The notes: generated from the letters alone by a model not told the origin. Positions 50,961-63,671 are shown, counted from the whole stretch's first letter. The stretch: 63,671 nt of DNA, filler included, from Guillardia theta CCMP2712 (GCF_000315625.1; 3 parts of 3 records of this genome joined end to end with filler, not necessarily neighbours in it), one strand, 5' to 3'. Numbers and translations: made by a program.

Positions 50961-51896
50961 CCACACCAGGTGACTTAGACTTACCGTATAATGCGGGGCC
51001 GTGTTGACTTCTTCAAGTGACTTTCGGTTTTTTTTAACTGTCTGACTAGTACCACTACCCCTAGTTTAGCCCTCAGAAACCAGGGTAGCGGAAAGTGCGA
51101 AATGACCCACCCTACACAAACTCTGGGGATAGAGGGGGAGGGGCGGGAGAGGCTCCCCGATAGAACGCCTGGCGGNNNNNNNNNNNNNNNNNNNNNNNNN
51201 NNNNNNNNNNNNNNNNNNNNNNNNNNNNNNNNNNNNNNNNNNNNNNNNNNNNNNNNNNNNNNNNNNNNNNNNNNNGGGAGGAGGGAGGAGGGAGGAGGGA
51301 GGAGGGAGGAGGGAGGAGGGAGGAGGGAGGAGGGAGGAGGGAGGAGGGAGGAGGGAGGAGGGAGGAAGACATAGAGAGAGTGGAGATAGGATGTCACGAG
51401 TCCGTCATGGAGGGCGAGTTACTCGTTAGTTCAGTTGTGTTGGTGCGCAGGGGGCGCGAAAATCTTGGTAATGAACTTGAAGCATGGCACATGTCGTCTA
51501 TGAATGTGATCGTGGTTGACTTGGTTTGCTCCAGATGTTCGCTGATATTCGTGCTCTCTCCATCTTGCGTGGAACCCTCGGAATTCCCTTCTCCTTGGCG
51601 GCCCACGAGTGCAAGCCTGGACCTGGACACCCTTGCTCGCGCGACCACCATGGCCAGGACGGCGATCACGATCACGACCACGACCACGACCAAGATCAAG
51701 ATCAGGACAGTGGCTCTGAGACCTTCGGATATCCCACCGTCCTTCATGCCTAGATGGCAGGAGCATAGCTGGGAAGGAGACAAGTAGTTCCTAGCAGCCT
51801 AATAAATGAAGGATGAAGTTGCTATCCACTAGAGACATGTTCATGTGATGACCTTATTGACATTCACTCATATTCATTACTTTCACGTCCTCTCCC

Positions 51897-54190
51897 TCAC
51901 GGTCTCTTTGCTTCCGCCCGCACGCTCAAGGTCTCCTGGATATCGTTGGAGGCCAAATGGAGTCTGTTGTCCCAAGTCACACTTCCTCCTCCTGCCTCCT
52001 CCTCCCCTCCTCTCCTGCCTCCTCCTCTCCTCCTGCTGCTCTCCTCCTCTCCTCCTGCTGCTCTCCTCCTCTCCTCCTGCTCTCCTCCTCCTGCCTCTTC
52101 CTCTTCACTCTTCAATCCCCCCTCCCCCCCCTGGCCTCCCCCCCCCTCTTACCGGATAGCATGGGCTCGAAACCTGACCCTGAGCCCGAACGCGCCAGCC
52201 CCGGGAGCTTCTCCTTGCGAAGAGACTCGAAGGTCGAGTCGAGCATGCTGTCGAGATCCTGAGGTCTCACGTGAGCTGGGGGTTGAGCTGGGGGTTGAGC
52301 TGGGGACGACTTGCCTTCTTCGACACCCTCCTTCCTCCCTGGCCGACGCTGAACTTGTCGTTAGATGGGAGCTTGCTGCTCTTGGGCAGCTGGGTGGTGA
52401 ACTGATCGACTGCTGACTTGGAGATAAGGATGGGTGAACGCGGAGATGACTCGCGACGAGCTCGGGGCTTGTGGATGTGAGGCTGTGAAGAAAGAGTGAG
52501 AGGAGAAAGGGNNNNNNNNNNNNNNNNNNNNNNNNNNNNNNNNNNNNNNNNNNNNNNNNNNNNNNNNNNNNNNNNNNNNNNNNNNNNNNNNNNNNNNNNN
52601 NNNNNNNNNNNNNNNNNNNNNNNNNNNNNNNNNNNNNNNNNNNNNNNNNNNNNNNNNNNNNNNNNNNNNNNNNNNNNNNNNNNNNNNNNNNNNNNNNNNN
52701 NNNNNNNNNNNNNNNNNNNNNNNNNNNNNNNNNNNNNNNNNNNNNNNNNNNNNNNNNNNNNNNNNNNNNNNNNNNNNNNNNNNNNNNNNNNNNNNNNNNN
52801 NNNNNNNNNNNNNNNNNNNNNNNNNNNNNNNNNNNNNNNNNNNNNNNNNNNNNNNNNNNNNNNNNNNNNNNNNNNNNNNNNNNNNNNNNNNNNNNNNNNN
52901 NNNNNNNNNNNNNNNNNNNNNNNNNNNNNNNNNNNNNNNNNNNNNNNNNNNNNNNNNNNNNNNNNNNNNNNNNNNNNNNNNNNNNNNNNNNNNNNNNNNN
53001 NNNNNNNNNNNNNNNNNNNNNNNNNNNNNNNNNNNNNNNNNNNNNNNNNNNNNNNNNNNNNNNNNNNNNNNNNNNNNNNNNNNNNNNNNNNNNNNNNNNN
53101 NNNNNNNNNNNNNNNNNNNNNNNNNNNNNNNNNNNNNNNNNNNNNNNNNNNNNNNNNNNNNNNNNNNNNNNNNNNNNNNNNNNNNNNNNNNNNNNNNNNN
53201 NNNNNNNNNNNNNNNNNNNNNNNNNNNNNNNNNNNNNNNNNNNNNNNNNNNNNNNNNNNNNNNNNNNNNNNNNNNNNNNNNNNNNNNNNNNNNNNNNNNN
53301 NNNNNNNNNNNNNNNNNNNNNNNNNNNNNNNNNNNNNNNNNNNNNNNNNNNNNNNNNNNNNNNNNNNNNNNNNNNNNNNNNNNNNNNNNNNNNNNNNNNN
53401 NNNNNNNNNNNNNNNNNNNNNNNNNNNNNNNNNNNNNNNNNNNNNGAGGAGGAGGAGGGTAAAGGAGAGGTGGGAGGAGAGTGGAGAGAAAGGGGGAGGG
53501 GAAGGAAGGGGAGGCGGTAGGAGGAGATGCCGTTGTTGATGCTGATGGAGAGGACGGAGATGGAGACAGTGATGATGGTGATGATGGAGCGAAACAACCA
53601 AACACCTGCTAGTTGTTCGTCTTTCACGTGGGTCGGATCTTGACTGAACCTCTCCGTCTGCAGCTGCGGAGAGGAGGACGAGGTCAACACAGGAGGAGAA
53701 CACTGATGATGTTTCTCGTCACCTCAAAGTATCCTGCGATGAAGGGAAATTCAACGGCGCACTCCTGGAGCTGTAGAGTTGCGTCTCTATCCTCCTCCTC
53801 CTCCTCCTCCTCCACTACCACCACCACTCTTCCTCTCTCTATCCTCCTCCTCCTCCTCCTCCTCCACTACCACCACCACTTTTCTCTCTCCTCCCTTCCA
53901 TTCTCGTCCTTACTCCTCCTCCTTGCTCTTCCTCCGATACAACCACCAGCAACTGTCCTTCCCCTCCTCTTCCTGTCCCTCTTCTCTCCTCCTCCTCCTC
54001 CTCCTCTCCCTCTTCTCTCATCCTCCTCCTCCTGTCCCTCTTCTCTCCTCCTCCTCCTCCTCCTCTCCTCCAGGTCCTCGGCCTTACCTTCTCCTTGCTC
54101 AAGAACACGACATCGCAGAAGGTAGCGCTCATGACCGTGACCTGCGGGGCTTCAGTTGAGCTCGCGACTCGCCCCTGCTCCTCCTTCTCT

Positions 54191-54226
<36 letters not shown>

Positions 54227-54645
54227 CGCTCCTCTCTTGCCCTCCTCCTCTCCCTCCCTCTCTAAGCCTCCTCCTCTCACGTGCTGTATCCTCGGGCTCA
54301 GCAGGTGCAGGTCCCCGTAGTAGTCCCCCTGGAGCAAGTGAGATGTAGTGTTGAGCGGCGGAGGAGAAGGAGGAGGAGGGTGGGTGGGGGATGGGTGTGT
54401 GGCGGGAAGGGAGGAGGAGGAGGAGGAGGAGGAGGAGGAGGAGGAGGAGGAGGAGGAGGAGGAGGTGGTGGTGGTGGTGGAATACAAAGAGGAACAGGGG
54501 CTGGTGTATGTAGTGGTGAAAATGAACATTACAGGCCCGAGGTTGGATAGAACATTTCCGCTTGCATGTACAATTGACAGTGAGCCGTCGATAATTATGA
54601 TCAGATCCTCGTTCCTGTCCTGCTGTAAGGAAGGCAAAACAGGAT
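51897..54645 (-). CDS. C-terminal part of a cyclic-nucleotide-binding-domain protein (CNG/HCN/KCNH-like), interrupted by gaps
   Basis: Exons: DRNEDLIIIIDGSLSIVHASGNVLSNLGP / GDYYGDLHLLSPRIQH / VTVMSATFCDVVFLSKEK / LQECAVEFPFIAGYFE. The tail exons below 52500 are tentative. Confidence 0.65.
52512..53445. other. assembly gap (others at ~28317-28436, 29570-29669, 51176-51274, 54662-54761, 59144-59243)
   Basis: N runs. Confidence 0.99.
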
Positions 54646-54775
54646 AGATGGAAAGGAGGAGNNNNNNNNNNNNNNNNNNNNNNNNNNNNNNNNNNNNNNN
54701 NNNNNTTAATTAATTAANNNNNNNNNNNNNNNNNNNNNNNNNNNNNNNNNNNNNNNNNNNNTTCATTCCATGTAC

Positions 54776-55231
54776 TACATGCCGCCTCGCCACGTAAGTC
54801 GTCTTGGTTACAGGAGAGTTTTTGTTACTCGGCGCTATCTGACTGGCACGGCTGGCATACGTTCCATCCTCTCCGAGGCTGGCATACGTTCCATCCTCTC
54901 CGAGGCTCGTAGGGAAGAGAACCCCGGCGTCCTCGGCCAGTTGCATCCACAAGACTCACCGGTCCTCTTCAGCTTGTAGACCCGGCACCACGGGGACACG
55001 GTTCCTGCAACAAAGACCTCAGGCCCAAAGGGGTCCTTTTCAGCAGATCACACCGGCTGGCATACGTTCCATCCTCTCCGAGGCTCGTAGGGAAGAGAAC
55101 CCCGGCGTCCTCGGCCAGTTGCATCCACAAGACTCACCGGTCCTCTTCAGCTTGTAGACCCGGCACCACGGGGACACGGTTCCTGCAACAAAGACCTCAG
55201 GCCCAAAGGGGTCCTTTTCAGCAGATCACAC
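54776..55231 (-). repeat. dispersed repeat, probable 5' part of an LTR, with a 178-bp tandem duplication and a 27-bp duplication
   Basis: 54877-55054 matches 55055-55231; 54850-54876 matches 54877-54903. Begins TGTGATC on the minus strand and overlaps the repeat at 25901. Confidence 0.8.
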
Positions 55232-55884
55232 TGGAGTAGAGTATCCTGGGTTATCTAGGAGAACTCGGAAGTAAGTTTCGAACACGAGTATGAGGCAGAC
55301 AACTGTCCTTTCCTTCCAGTAAACCTTTGTCTGTCTGACTCGGGCTCGGTTCCTATGAGCTCTGACAGGATGATGACGGCGATCAGAGAAATCATGACTC
55401 AAACTGAAACCGCCCAGGCTGGGATCTTCAGTCTCAGTATGATCTGATGTTTCAAGGCTCAAAGTTCAAGTTAAATCAGAACGAGGACAATCAGGCCCTG
55501 AGAGTCGAAGAGGCTTGACAGTGATAGCCAAATTCATTCAATGATCATTACAAGTTCAAGTTGTAGGAACTTGAAAGAGCCTTCGATTGGCCAGTGGCGG
55601 GAAAGTTGGGCCTGGCGCGCGGCCAGCCTTACCTCGGAACGGCGTGCCTGGCCAAGCAGGCTGCGGCTCAGGGGCAAGCGTCATACCCTACCACTGACCA
55701 CAAGCGGCTGAGGTACGGCACTGCTCAAATCCGAAAAGAAAATTCCAAATAAAACCGATAGCAAGAAGGAGAGAAGGTATCTGAGCTGGAAGCAGCGGTC
55801 TAATAGCAGCGGCTGCTCAGTCGCGTCGTCAGATCGCAGCTCCAAATAGCGAAGAAAGAGTAGGCGATGGCGTACTGGCAAATG

Positions 55885-56403
55885 TCATGACCCGCCAGGA
55901 GCGTTGGCAGCAGAACTTCTCTTGTACTGCTTGCTCAAGAAGTACTTCTGCGCGTGCGATCGGACCTGAGCTGCTGTCCTCGTACCGATCTCCGCGGCAA
56001 TGATGTCAGCGACGCCGTCCCCTAATCCAACAAAGACCCCGTCCTCATCGATCCGAGGGAACGACTGGCAATACCTCTGAACCCCTTGCAGAAACAACTC
56101 GTGCTCCTCCTTCTTCCACCTGTTCTGCCTCGTCCCACTCGCTCGTTCTTCGCCCGCAGCCTCCGACAACTCCCCAGTTTTCTCCGAGGGCCTCTCCGCT
56201 CCCGCCGCATCAAAGGATATGGTCACTTGTGTTCTGTTCGAGCTCTTAGCATGCGCGTCGAGCACAACCCCCCCGCCCTCCTCTTCTTCAAACTGATCGT
56301 CGTTGAGGACCTTGTCGATGTCTTCCTCTGTGACGGCTGTTTCCGACTGCCCTGTGAAGAGAGCATCGATAGCATCAACCAAACTTTCGCTCGATTGCTC
56401 CAT
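55885..56403 (-). CDS. SHAQKYF-class single-repeat MYB transcription factor
   Basis: RWKKEEHELFLQGV..Y...IAAEIGTRTAAQVRSHAQKYF. Confidence 0.92.
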   Translation of the reverse strand: MEQSSESLVDAIDALFTGQSETAVTEEDIDKVLNDDQFEEEEGGGVVLDAHAKSSNRTQVTISFDAAGAERPSEKTGELSEAAGEERASGTRQNRWKKEEHELFLQGVQRYCQSFPRIDEDGVFVGLGDGVADIIAAEIGTRTAAQVRSHAQKYFLSKQYKRSSAANAPGGS

Positions 56404-57229
56404 ACAGCCAGAAGCGTTGCCTTGCCGTAGTCGATGGATCCTAGAGAGGAAAAGGTTTGAGTTAGCATTAGACACAAGAAACGTGCTCTAAGTGGGTCTC
56501 TCCTTCCTGCTTCTTTCAAATTCTCTCTCGTTTCTCCTTGATGATCAACTATTTCTATCCATGATTTGTTGTCCGACCGTCACTGGCAACGAAAAAATGT
56601 TGCTGCCCTGGGCCCACTATGTCCATGTGAAATCTGGTGAACTTCTTATTCATTGGTCTTACTTATCCTGCTTGTTCTGCTACAGAACACGGGAATGAAT
56701 CATTCTCTACCCTGACCTCGTCTCTTCTGTCCTTACCCTCGGAATATACGGCTTTCTTGTCCCGTCTTTGTATCCTCCCGGCCCTGTCCCTGCAGTATCC
56801 CACTTATTTTGAGTTAAAACCGGGCAGATATGATTTTACTACATGTCAGCATCCATGAATATCCGAACTAAAATATTTTAAATACTTATAAAAATTTTAC
56901 GAAGGCGACGGATATGCGAAGAGGACGCTAGGTGAAAAGGGGCAGACGAGAAGAAGATATACTTTCAGGAGGAGCTTGCCAGGAGGAAGACGCCTCCTGT
57001 TCAAGTCTTTGCTGTTGATACATCCGATTGAGAGAATGTCTTCACAAATTCAATTATGTCACGAACAAGCTTGATTGTCTGGTCGAGAGAGATCGTACCT
57101 TGTTAACCGTCCTCGTGTACCTGTCCCACACTTGCACCCTGCCTCACCACATCATCGATGCCATGCAATCTTCGATGTATCATTTTTACAGATCAACAAG
57201 AATAACTATTTCCTTCGTCGTGATATAGA

Positions 57230-59126
57230 TCACCATCCGATGACGTTAGCGAGGCTCTTTGACAACGATCTGCAATCGTATTAGCTACCATGACAACGTG
57301 CGAGACCCACTGACCCGAGCCTATCAGTCCTCCTCTTCAGATGCGACTTGGGCACCTCCGCCAGGTTCATCTCATGGATCTTTTTGCTGACATCACTGTG
57401 CAGAGGTAGAACAGAGTGCACTGGATGCGGCTCGATAACGGCCTGTGAAAGTGTTCAGAACTTCTCGCACTTACTTCCTGACTCTAATGGAATAAACCTT
57501 GCTTTGCCGCATTTCCTCGGCTTCACGCTCTTTGTTGTAAACCTTGGTGGGATCCCAAGACTTGTCCCTAGCCACCAGGGCGATGTCTGAAGCTTTCTTG
57601 CCGTATACCTTCCTCATCAGCTTCCCCAGTCTCACAATATCCTTGCACTTGACCCTTCGTCCGCCAGATAGGAAGCAGTCTTCCCCGTTCCCAGACATCT
57701 GGCTGGCGGAAACTTGCGTACTTTCAGATGGTTGTGCTGTCTGCACGTCATCAAGATGTGCATCTGCAAGTACATCCTTGTGGCTGAAATACAATCAGTC
57801 GTGAAGGTCATCCTGACTGACAAGCAATACCTGTGAGTCTCTGTTGCTGATTCGACGGGGATGTCATACGATTTCAGCTCCGCGTTGGCCTCTTTTTGCT
57901 CTAAACGGCTCCTAGACTGCATGCCGCTATACGATGAATGCTCACTTTCTGCCCCATTTGAATTCACTTGATTAGACCCTGAATTGTCCTGACTATTCAT
58001 CTGTTTTCGGATCTCAGAAGCATTTTCTGTCCATGCTCTCACTTGTTGCTGGCTCCTTTGACGGGATCGATCGGCTTTCTTGTTGTTCATAGAATGAATC
58101 GCCTTCGTTTGGTATTTCTCCAAAACCTGAGCTTCGGAAGGCCTTGAAATCATTTTTTTTGCTTCAGCTAGCTCTTCAGCTTGCTCTTTTGGGCTGGGTT
58201 GCATGGCATTGTTGTGATCTCCACCAAAGATCAGTGAGGTTTCACTCTGGTAACCATGATTTAGATTCATCGCCTGCATCTGAACTTTGCCTTTCCTCTG
58301 TCACAGCAAAGTCAAACAGAAGAAGACAACTGAGGCAGGTAAATACCTCGATTTGATCAATAAGGATTCGCTTCTCATCCTCAGGAATATTCTCAGATTT
58401 TATCTGCTGAATTTGCTTAAGAGTCTGTCCATCTCCAGATGCTTGCTTTTGGCTCATCAAGTCTTGAAGCTTTTCCCAGTTTTGAGCACTGTTGTCAGCT
58501 ATGAACTTCTTGTCGGAGTCCTTGTTGTAGTCCCGCTCGATTTTTAACTCTTGCCTTTTTCTATCATCATCGTAATCATGCATGATTTTAAGATTCGGCT
58601 GGTTGTCTCTGCTAGATATCACGTTCCACAGCCTTTTCCCAATCAAGTTCTGACAGTTTGACTTGAGCTTGCAATCATCGATGACCGTACGAAAACTTGT
58701 CTTCCGCAAGATCGCTGCTCCATTATCCGCTATTTCTCCTGCCATGGTTCTGCTCACGCCATTAGATTTCGCTGAGAATAGGCTCGAGAGCTTCTTCCGT
58801 GCAGAGCTCGTCGAATCATCCATCATATCCTCAGGGAGTCTCGTGGAGTCGAAGTGAGCCGCTTGAAAGTTTCCATCGGATGACAAGCCCGAGTCAGCAA
58901 ACAGCATCTGTTTGCGGCTGGTGTCTTGCGGAAGGTCAACAGAGTCCCAGTGAGCGCTGGAGAACATCAGCGGTCGATCGCCCGTCAGCTTGGTGTACTG
59001 CAGGGCCACTGGATCCCGCTGCGCAGTTTGAACATTGTAGGTGAGAACGAGAACTGCTGCAGCGCAAAGGCTAGCCGCTACCACAGACTTGCGATGAAAC
59101 ATCATCTTCTGCTCGGCCATCCTCAT
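57230..59126 (-). CDS. hypothetical type-II membrane or secreted protein, multi-exon
   Basis: N-terminal anchor VVAASLCAAAVLVLTY, long exons (ORFs 58242-59273, 57632-58279, 57471-57794), a duplicated AH(W/F)DS..LP.D motif, and a probable end SLANVIGW* at 57230. Confidence 0.6.
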
Positions 59127-60708
59127 TGTGCTCAATTGGGATCNNNNNNNNNNNNNNNNNNNNNNNNNNNNNNNNNNNNNNNNNNNNNNNNNNNNNNNNN
59201 NNNNNNNNNNNNNNNNNNNNNNNNNNNNNNNNNNNNNNNNNNNCAACACAACCAAAAAATGCACCTCCAACATCGCATCTTCCCCCCTTTCCCCCTCTTC
59301 TCCTTTTCATACTATACAGCATCGACACTTCGATATATAACTCTACAACAAAACATGACTGCTCTTAAACTCCTCTTCCTACTGAGAGACACATCTCCAG
59401 CTTCTTCTCACCATTGTTCCTCTACCACTCTGCCACCTGTTTGTGCTATCTCCCCGCCTCCTCTCACATCATTTGCTTACCATCAACCTGAGACCAACCA
59501 GCGAAGAGACAGCAGTTACATGTAAGTTACACACCGTTGATTTCCGTTATCACTGATCACCTAAACGAGCCGCGGCCGCCAGACTGCTTACTACTGAGCC
59601 TGCGGCCGGGCAACCGAACCGGCGTTGGCCCGCCCGGCGTTTTTGCCACTCACACGGTTGCCCGCGGCCAGAAGCTTGGCCCGGTACGTCCGAACGTCGG
59701 GCGAAACTCTCCGACTCGGCGTTGCCGACTGCGGCGGCAGCCGCCCGGCACTGCACACGCGCCGCCGCGGCGGTCGGACGGTCCGACTCGGCGAGTCGTG
59801 ACGGCCCGGGTTCGGACGGTGACGGGCCTGAGCCTCCTCGGCGAGCCGGCCCGGGCCGCGCGGCTCAGACTACTGCGGCGGTTGAACCGGCATCAGTCCC
59901 GGCGATCATGGCGGGCCGGTGACCGTGATCGGACGACGGTCGGAGTTTCAAACTTGATGAGTAAAATTTTGTTGAGCGCTGACATCTGGACCTGCTAACT
60001 TACAGCTACAGGACCTTCCCCACACCACCCCTCAAGTTTAATCTTACACAGCACCCTACCAGCTTTTTCGTTCCACCCACCCATATCAATTACCAATATC
60101 CTTTGGAAATGGACCCCTACTTGGATCCACCCACCCACAACTTTTTGGACCCTACCCCGATTTCGCTTCAACAGAAGTGTGTAGTCACAAACACCCCCTT
60201 GTCCCCATTCGGACCCACCTTCGTCCAATGCCTACCCCTGTAAAAAGAACCCCACTGGCTGTTTTATCCATTTCTTTATACCATTCCACCCCTAGTCAGG
60301 ACATCCATACCCTTCGTCTTTCAGCAATTCCCTACCCCCTACCCCCTTGTTGTCATCCAACCTTGCTGTTTCTCTCACAAGTGCTTTTACAGTAGCAGAC
60401 CACCCTACCCCCTCTTCGGTCATCATTGATGCTGTCCCCATCACATTTCATAATCAATATGGTACCTCAATCTTGCTGCCTTTCAAATTTTACTAATACA
60501 AAAGTGCCCCCTTTATTGACTAAAATTTCAAATTGTACCCCCGCCTTGTATAAGGACCACCCCGTTTCTCAGATCAATATATTTATACCACCCCACCCCT
60601 TCATTATCACGGAAATCATGGGAAACTACCCCTACCCTCTCCCCGGCAGGGCTTCTATAATAGCACACGGCAAGGAACCTTTGCGTCCATCGCCCCTCCC
60701 CCATTGTG

Positions 60709-61155
60709 ATGCCAGCAGCTCCTCGATCAGTCCTTGCTGCTCCGCGCGATCGTCATGCTCGATGCGAGCATGGGAAAGAAAGAAGGTATTGCAAGCTCTG
60801 CAAAGGATCGGGCATTTGTGAACACGACAAGCAAAGAAGCAAATGCAAGGAATGCAGCACCAGTCCTGGAGCACTGCAGAAGGGATCGTTCTGCCCTCAT
60901 AACAGGAGGAGGACAATCTGCAAAGACTGTGGTGGATCTCAGATTTGTCACCATGGCAGACAAAGATGTCTTTGTAAAGAATGTGGAGGTTCTGCTATCT
61001 GCGAACACAATAGGCAACGAAGTTTTTGTCGCGAGTGCCTAGGGTCACAGATTTGCATCCATAAGCGGCAAAGGAATCGATGCAAGATCTGTACTTACAC
61101 GGATGCACTGAGTGCCACTGAGCTGCGCATTTCGATTGCCAGTTTACTGTGTTGA
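60709..61155 (+). CDS. Cys/His tandem-repeat (C-x-H-x6-C-x2-C) putative zinc-binding protein
   Basis: Six ~18-aa repeats such as ICEHNRQRSFCRECLGSQ; intronless. Confidence 0.85.
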   Translation: MPAAPRSVLAAPRDRHARCEHGKERRYCKLCKGSGICEHDKQRSKCKECSTSPGALQKGSFCPHNRRRTICKDCGGSQICHHGRQRCLCKECGGSAICEHNRQRSFCRECLGSQICIHKRQRNRCKICTYTDALSATELRISIASLLC

Positions 61156-62147
61156 TTTTGAGGTTGTCGCACACTAACAGCTGTACGAAAAAGGCATCTT
61201 CGATCCAGTTTTCTATACGGCTCTTGTCAATTCGAATGTCTGACCATGGTCAGATGATGTATCAGAGCTCGATAGTGGAGATAGCCAGAGAATAAGTGAT
61301 AAGTGAGAGTGATTGTTTGAGTGATAGTAATGATCTATTGTTTGTGTAGAATTACGAAGAAAAATGTAATTAAAACTGGTTTCTTGATCTTTTGCAAAAT
61401 GGATTGATCTATCAGCATCCAGAGCAATTCCTAATGGAAAATGAACAGACTGAAATGATGTATCCAAAATATCTCCATCATGTTTATTCATGTCATGAAC
61501 GTGATCATTATTTCAACAGCCTTGTATAAACTGGTTATGTTTTCCCGCTTTCCAGTCTGGAATCGAAGGATTTCACTCAAGTGCACCGAGGGGAAACCAG
61601 CAAAGAGCTGCCTGCACAATCCGAGATATGTTCCAGGTGTAGCAGGAGACGTCTGGAAGATGACGCAAGGAACGTGTGAACTAGCAAACGGCGTATTGAA
61701 CGAGCTAGGACAGAGCAAGGAGGAGGGAGAAGTGTGAGGTAGATGGCGTACGAAGTACATCCTGAGTGATGCGGGGCGACAGCTACGGTGAGAGGAGGGG
61801 GCAGAGCGGCTGCATGGAGGACCGAGAGCGGAAGGGCTAGCAAGCACAAGATATTGATCGAATCGGTACTCAGTTTGGACGAAGGGGGTAGGGTGGTAGA
61901 TCACCCCTCTGTCTACATATTTCTGACACAGATATCCAGGGGTGGGTTGAAGTAACCATGACCGCACCTAATACCCCTACCCACCTCTTTACCGCAACCG
62001 AATGGAGAGTAGAATGGTGGGGTTCCAAAGGATTGAACGAGGGGTGGGGTAGAAGGATAATGGAAGCACCACATGCGGCTGAGGGAGGCGAGGAGGGCGG
62101 GGGACAAGGAGAGGGGAGGGGAGGGGGAGGAGAGAAAGTGAGGATTG

Positions 62148-63671
62148 ATGATGGAGAGATCGGGGGCCGCCGTGATCCTGATCGAGGAGGCTCTCAGGGC
62201 GCTCAAAGTCACGCCAATTGCCATGTAGCAAGTGTCGCTGATCAGCGGCCAGCCAACAGGTTGGTTTCCTCTATTGATGAACAGAAAGACATGTGCATGG
62301 CGCTCAAGTCAACGGGAGAGTCACTCATACAACGAGTCGAGCGGATGCGTAGAGGAGGGGTGTTTGATCTTGCCTTCAAGTATATATTGTCGGAAAGAGC
62401 TCCGTCCGAGGAGGGGCGGGAGACTGGGGCGGGTACTCAATCTCTTTTCGGGTTTGCGAGGGTTCCATCCATGAAGGAAGCACTTGCTGGAATACGCAGT
62501 GAAAGAAAGCTGGAGGAGAGGAGAAATGCTGTCTGCGCTCTCCGTCATGACTTGCTTGCACTGGGCCAAGTGTTGGATAATCTGCCGCACGGGTTGCAAG
62601 TCAGACTGGAGCGAGTTGCAGAATGGGACGCCCATGAAGGGCGAGCGATTGCCGCAAGGAAGATTCCTGAGAATCTTGGAGCTCTGGACATACGTGGGTT
62701 GGTGCCTGCTGAGGAGTTGTATGACGGGATCCAGGCATCGGAGTTCAACCAAGTGATCTCCAACTTCAGGAAAGGATCGCACCTGCTGATGGTGATCACA
62801 AAAGTGGAGTCCCACTACGAGCACGTTGTGCTCAGCATGCGGCAATCAAGAATCAATCCTCAGCTTTCACAATCTCTTGTCCTGGGCTACTGCCCTGAGC
62901 CCTGGAATCTCAGATCCTGGTGGGGCCCTGGGGAACTGCCGAGCACGCGGACTGCAGACCATGATGACAAGGACCCCAGCTCCTCGTCCAACAACGGCAG
63001 TGATTTCTTTGATCTGAATGATCTGCTTAGGAAAGACCCTCTGTTTTGGAATCCTTATGCTGTTCAGCACATGGCTGCGTCGTTCAGGATTCAACCCGAA
63101 GCAAGATTGTTCCTTGATCCTTCCAAGAAACGAGAGACAATGTCGTACTCCGAGCTTCGGAAGAAACAGAATGTGTCGTGGGCAAATGAGAGTGTGCGCA
63201 AAGGAATCCATCACGCGGCTGATAGGAATTATGTCATGGCAATCAAATGCTATCAGAACGCCCTGGAGCTAGACAGCGAGAACGCAGATGCTTACGTAGC
63301 GCTGGGGGCAGCCTATGCCAACACCTCAAAGTCGCATGAAGCTATCGAAGCTTTTTCGAAGGCCCTCGAGATTCAACCGGATCACAGTAATGCGATCAAG
63401 TATCTCAATGCCACCAGGTCGAAGTTTGGACTTGCTCAAAGTCACAAGCCAGCAGATCGCCAAGATGCCGAAGACCGTCGAAGCAGTCAAGCAGAACGAA
63501 CAGATGCAAGGAGAGGCAGGTATCATGATGGAGATTTGGAGAGCGAATCGTCGGTTTCAGCTTCCGTGAAGCGTCCATATGAGAAACAAGATGATTTCTC
63601 AGACGACTCACGCACCCGGAGTAAGAAGACCAAGAAAGTGCACAAGAAATCCTCGAAGAAGGACAAGAAGA
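62148..63671 (+). CDS. TTC14: TTC14-like S1/OB plus TPR protein; runs off the window end
   Basis: S1-like LDIRGLVPAEEL...FRKGSHLLMVITKVE...VVLSMR, then LRKKQNVSWANESVRKG, TPRs AIKCYQNALELDSENADAYVALGAAYA and ALEIQPDHSNAIKYL, and a K/S-rich tail. Confidence 0.8.

Noticed and set aside
51394-51783. 129-aa ORF with a poly-Val/Ile hydrophobic stretch
   Set aside because: The hydrophobic run derives from a hexamer-like repeat and there is no other support.
54940-54985. Hammerhead-like CTGAAGA on the minus strand of the 178-bp repeat
   Set aside because: No following stem II plus GAAA core.

Overview
Eukaryotic, intron-dense genomic DNA from a draft assembly (N-gaps with TTAATTAATTAA spacers). 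The short GT-AG introns, bipartite plastid-targeting presequences and SHAQKYF-MYB are most consistent with a cryptophyte-like alga such as Guillardia; this is an inference. Host genes: a SAP-domain protein, a large parallel beta-helix protein, an intronless PiT/PHO4 phosphate transporter, a quinone oxidoreductase, a UBE2W-like E2, a four-domain voltage-gated cation channel, a Pho80/P-type cyclin, a plastid FabB, a CNBD-containing fragment, a SHAQKYF MYB, a Cys/His repeat protein, a TTC14-like gene, and a micro-exon voltage-sensor fragment missed by the ORF track. Mobile DNA: three Ty1/copia-type pieces (one with paired LTRs), two loci of RLE-type non-LTR retrotransposon, and fragments of a probable second LTR family. 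Most notable observations: (1) the four-domain channel has an apparent Q/S/D/D selectivity ring and a C2 domain in the I-II linker; (2) one copia element has a Tudor-like module after integrase; (3) intergenic DNA repeatedly shows GGGGT/ACCCC-rich zones abutting CCGG-rich islands. Exon boundaries were read by eye and are approximate.
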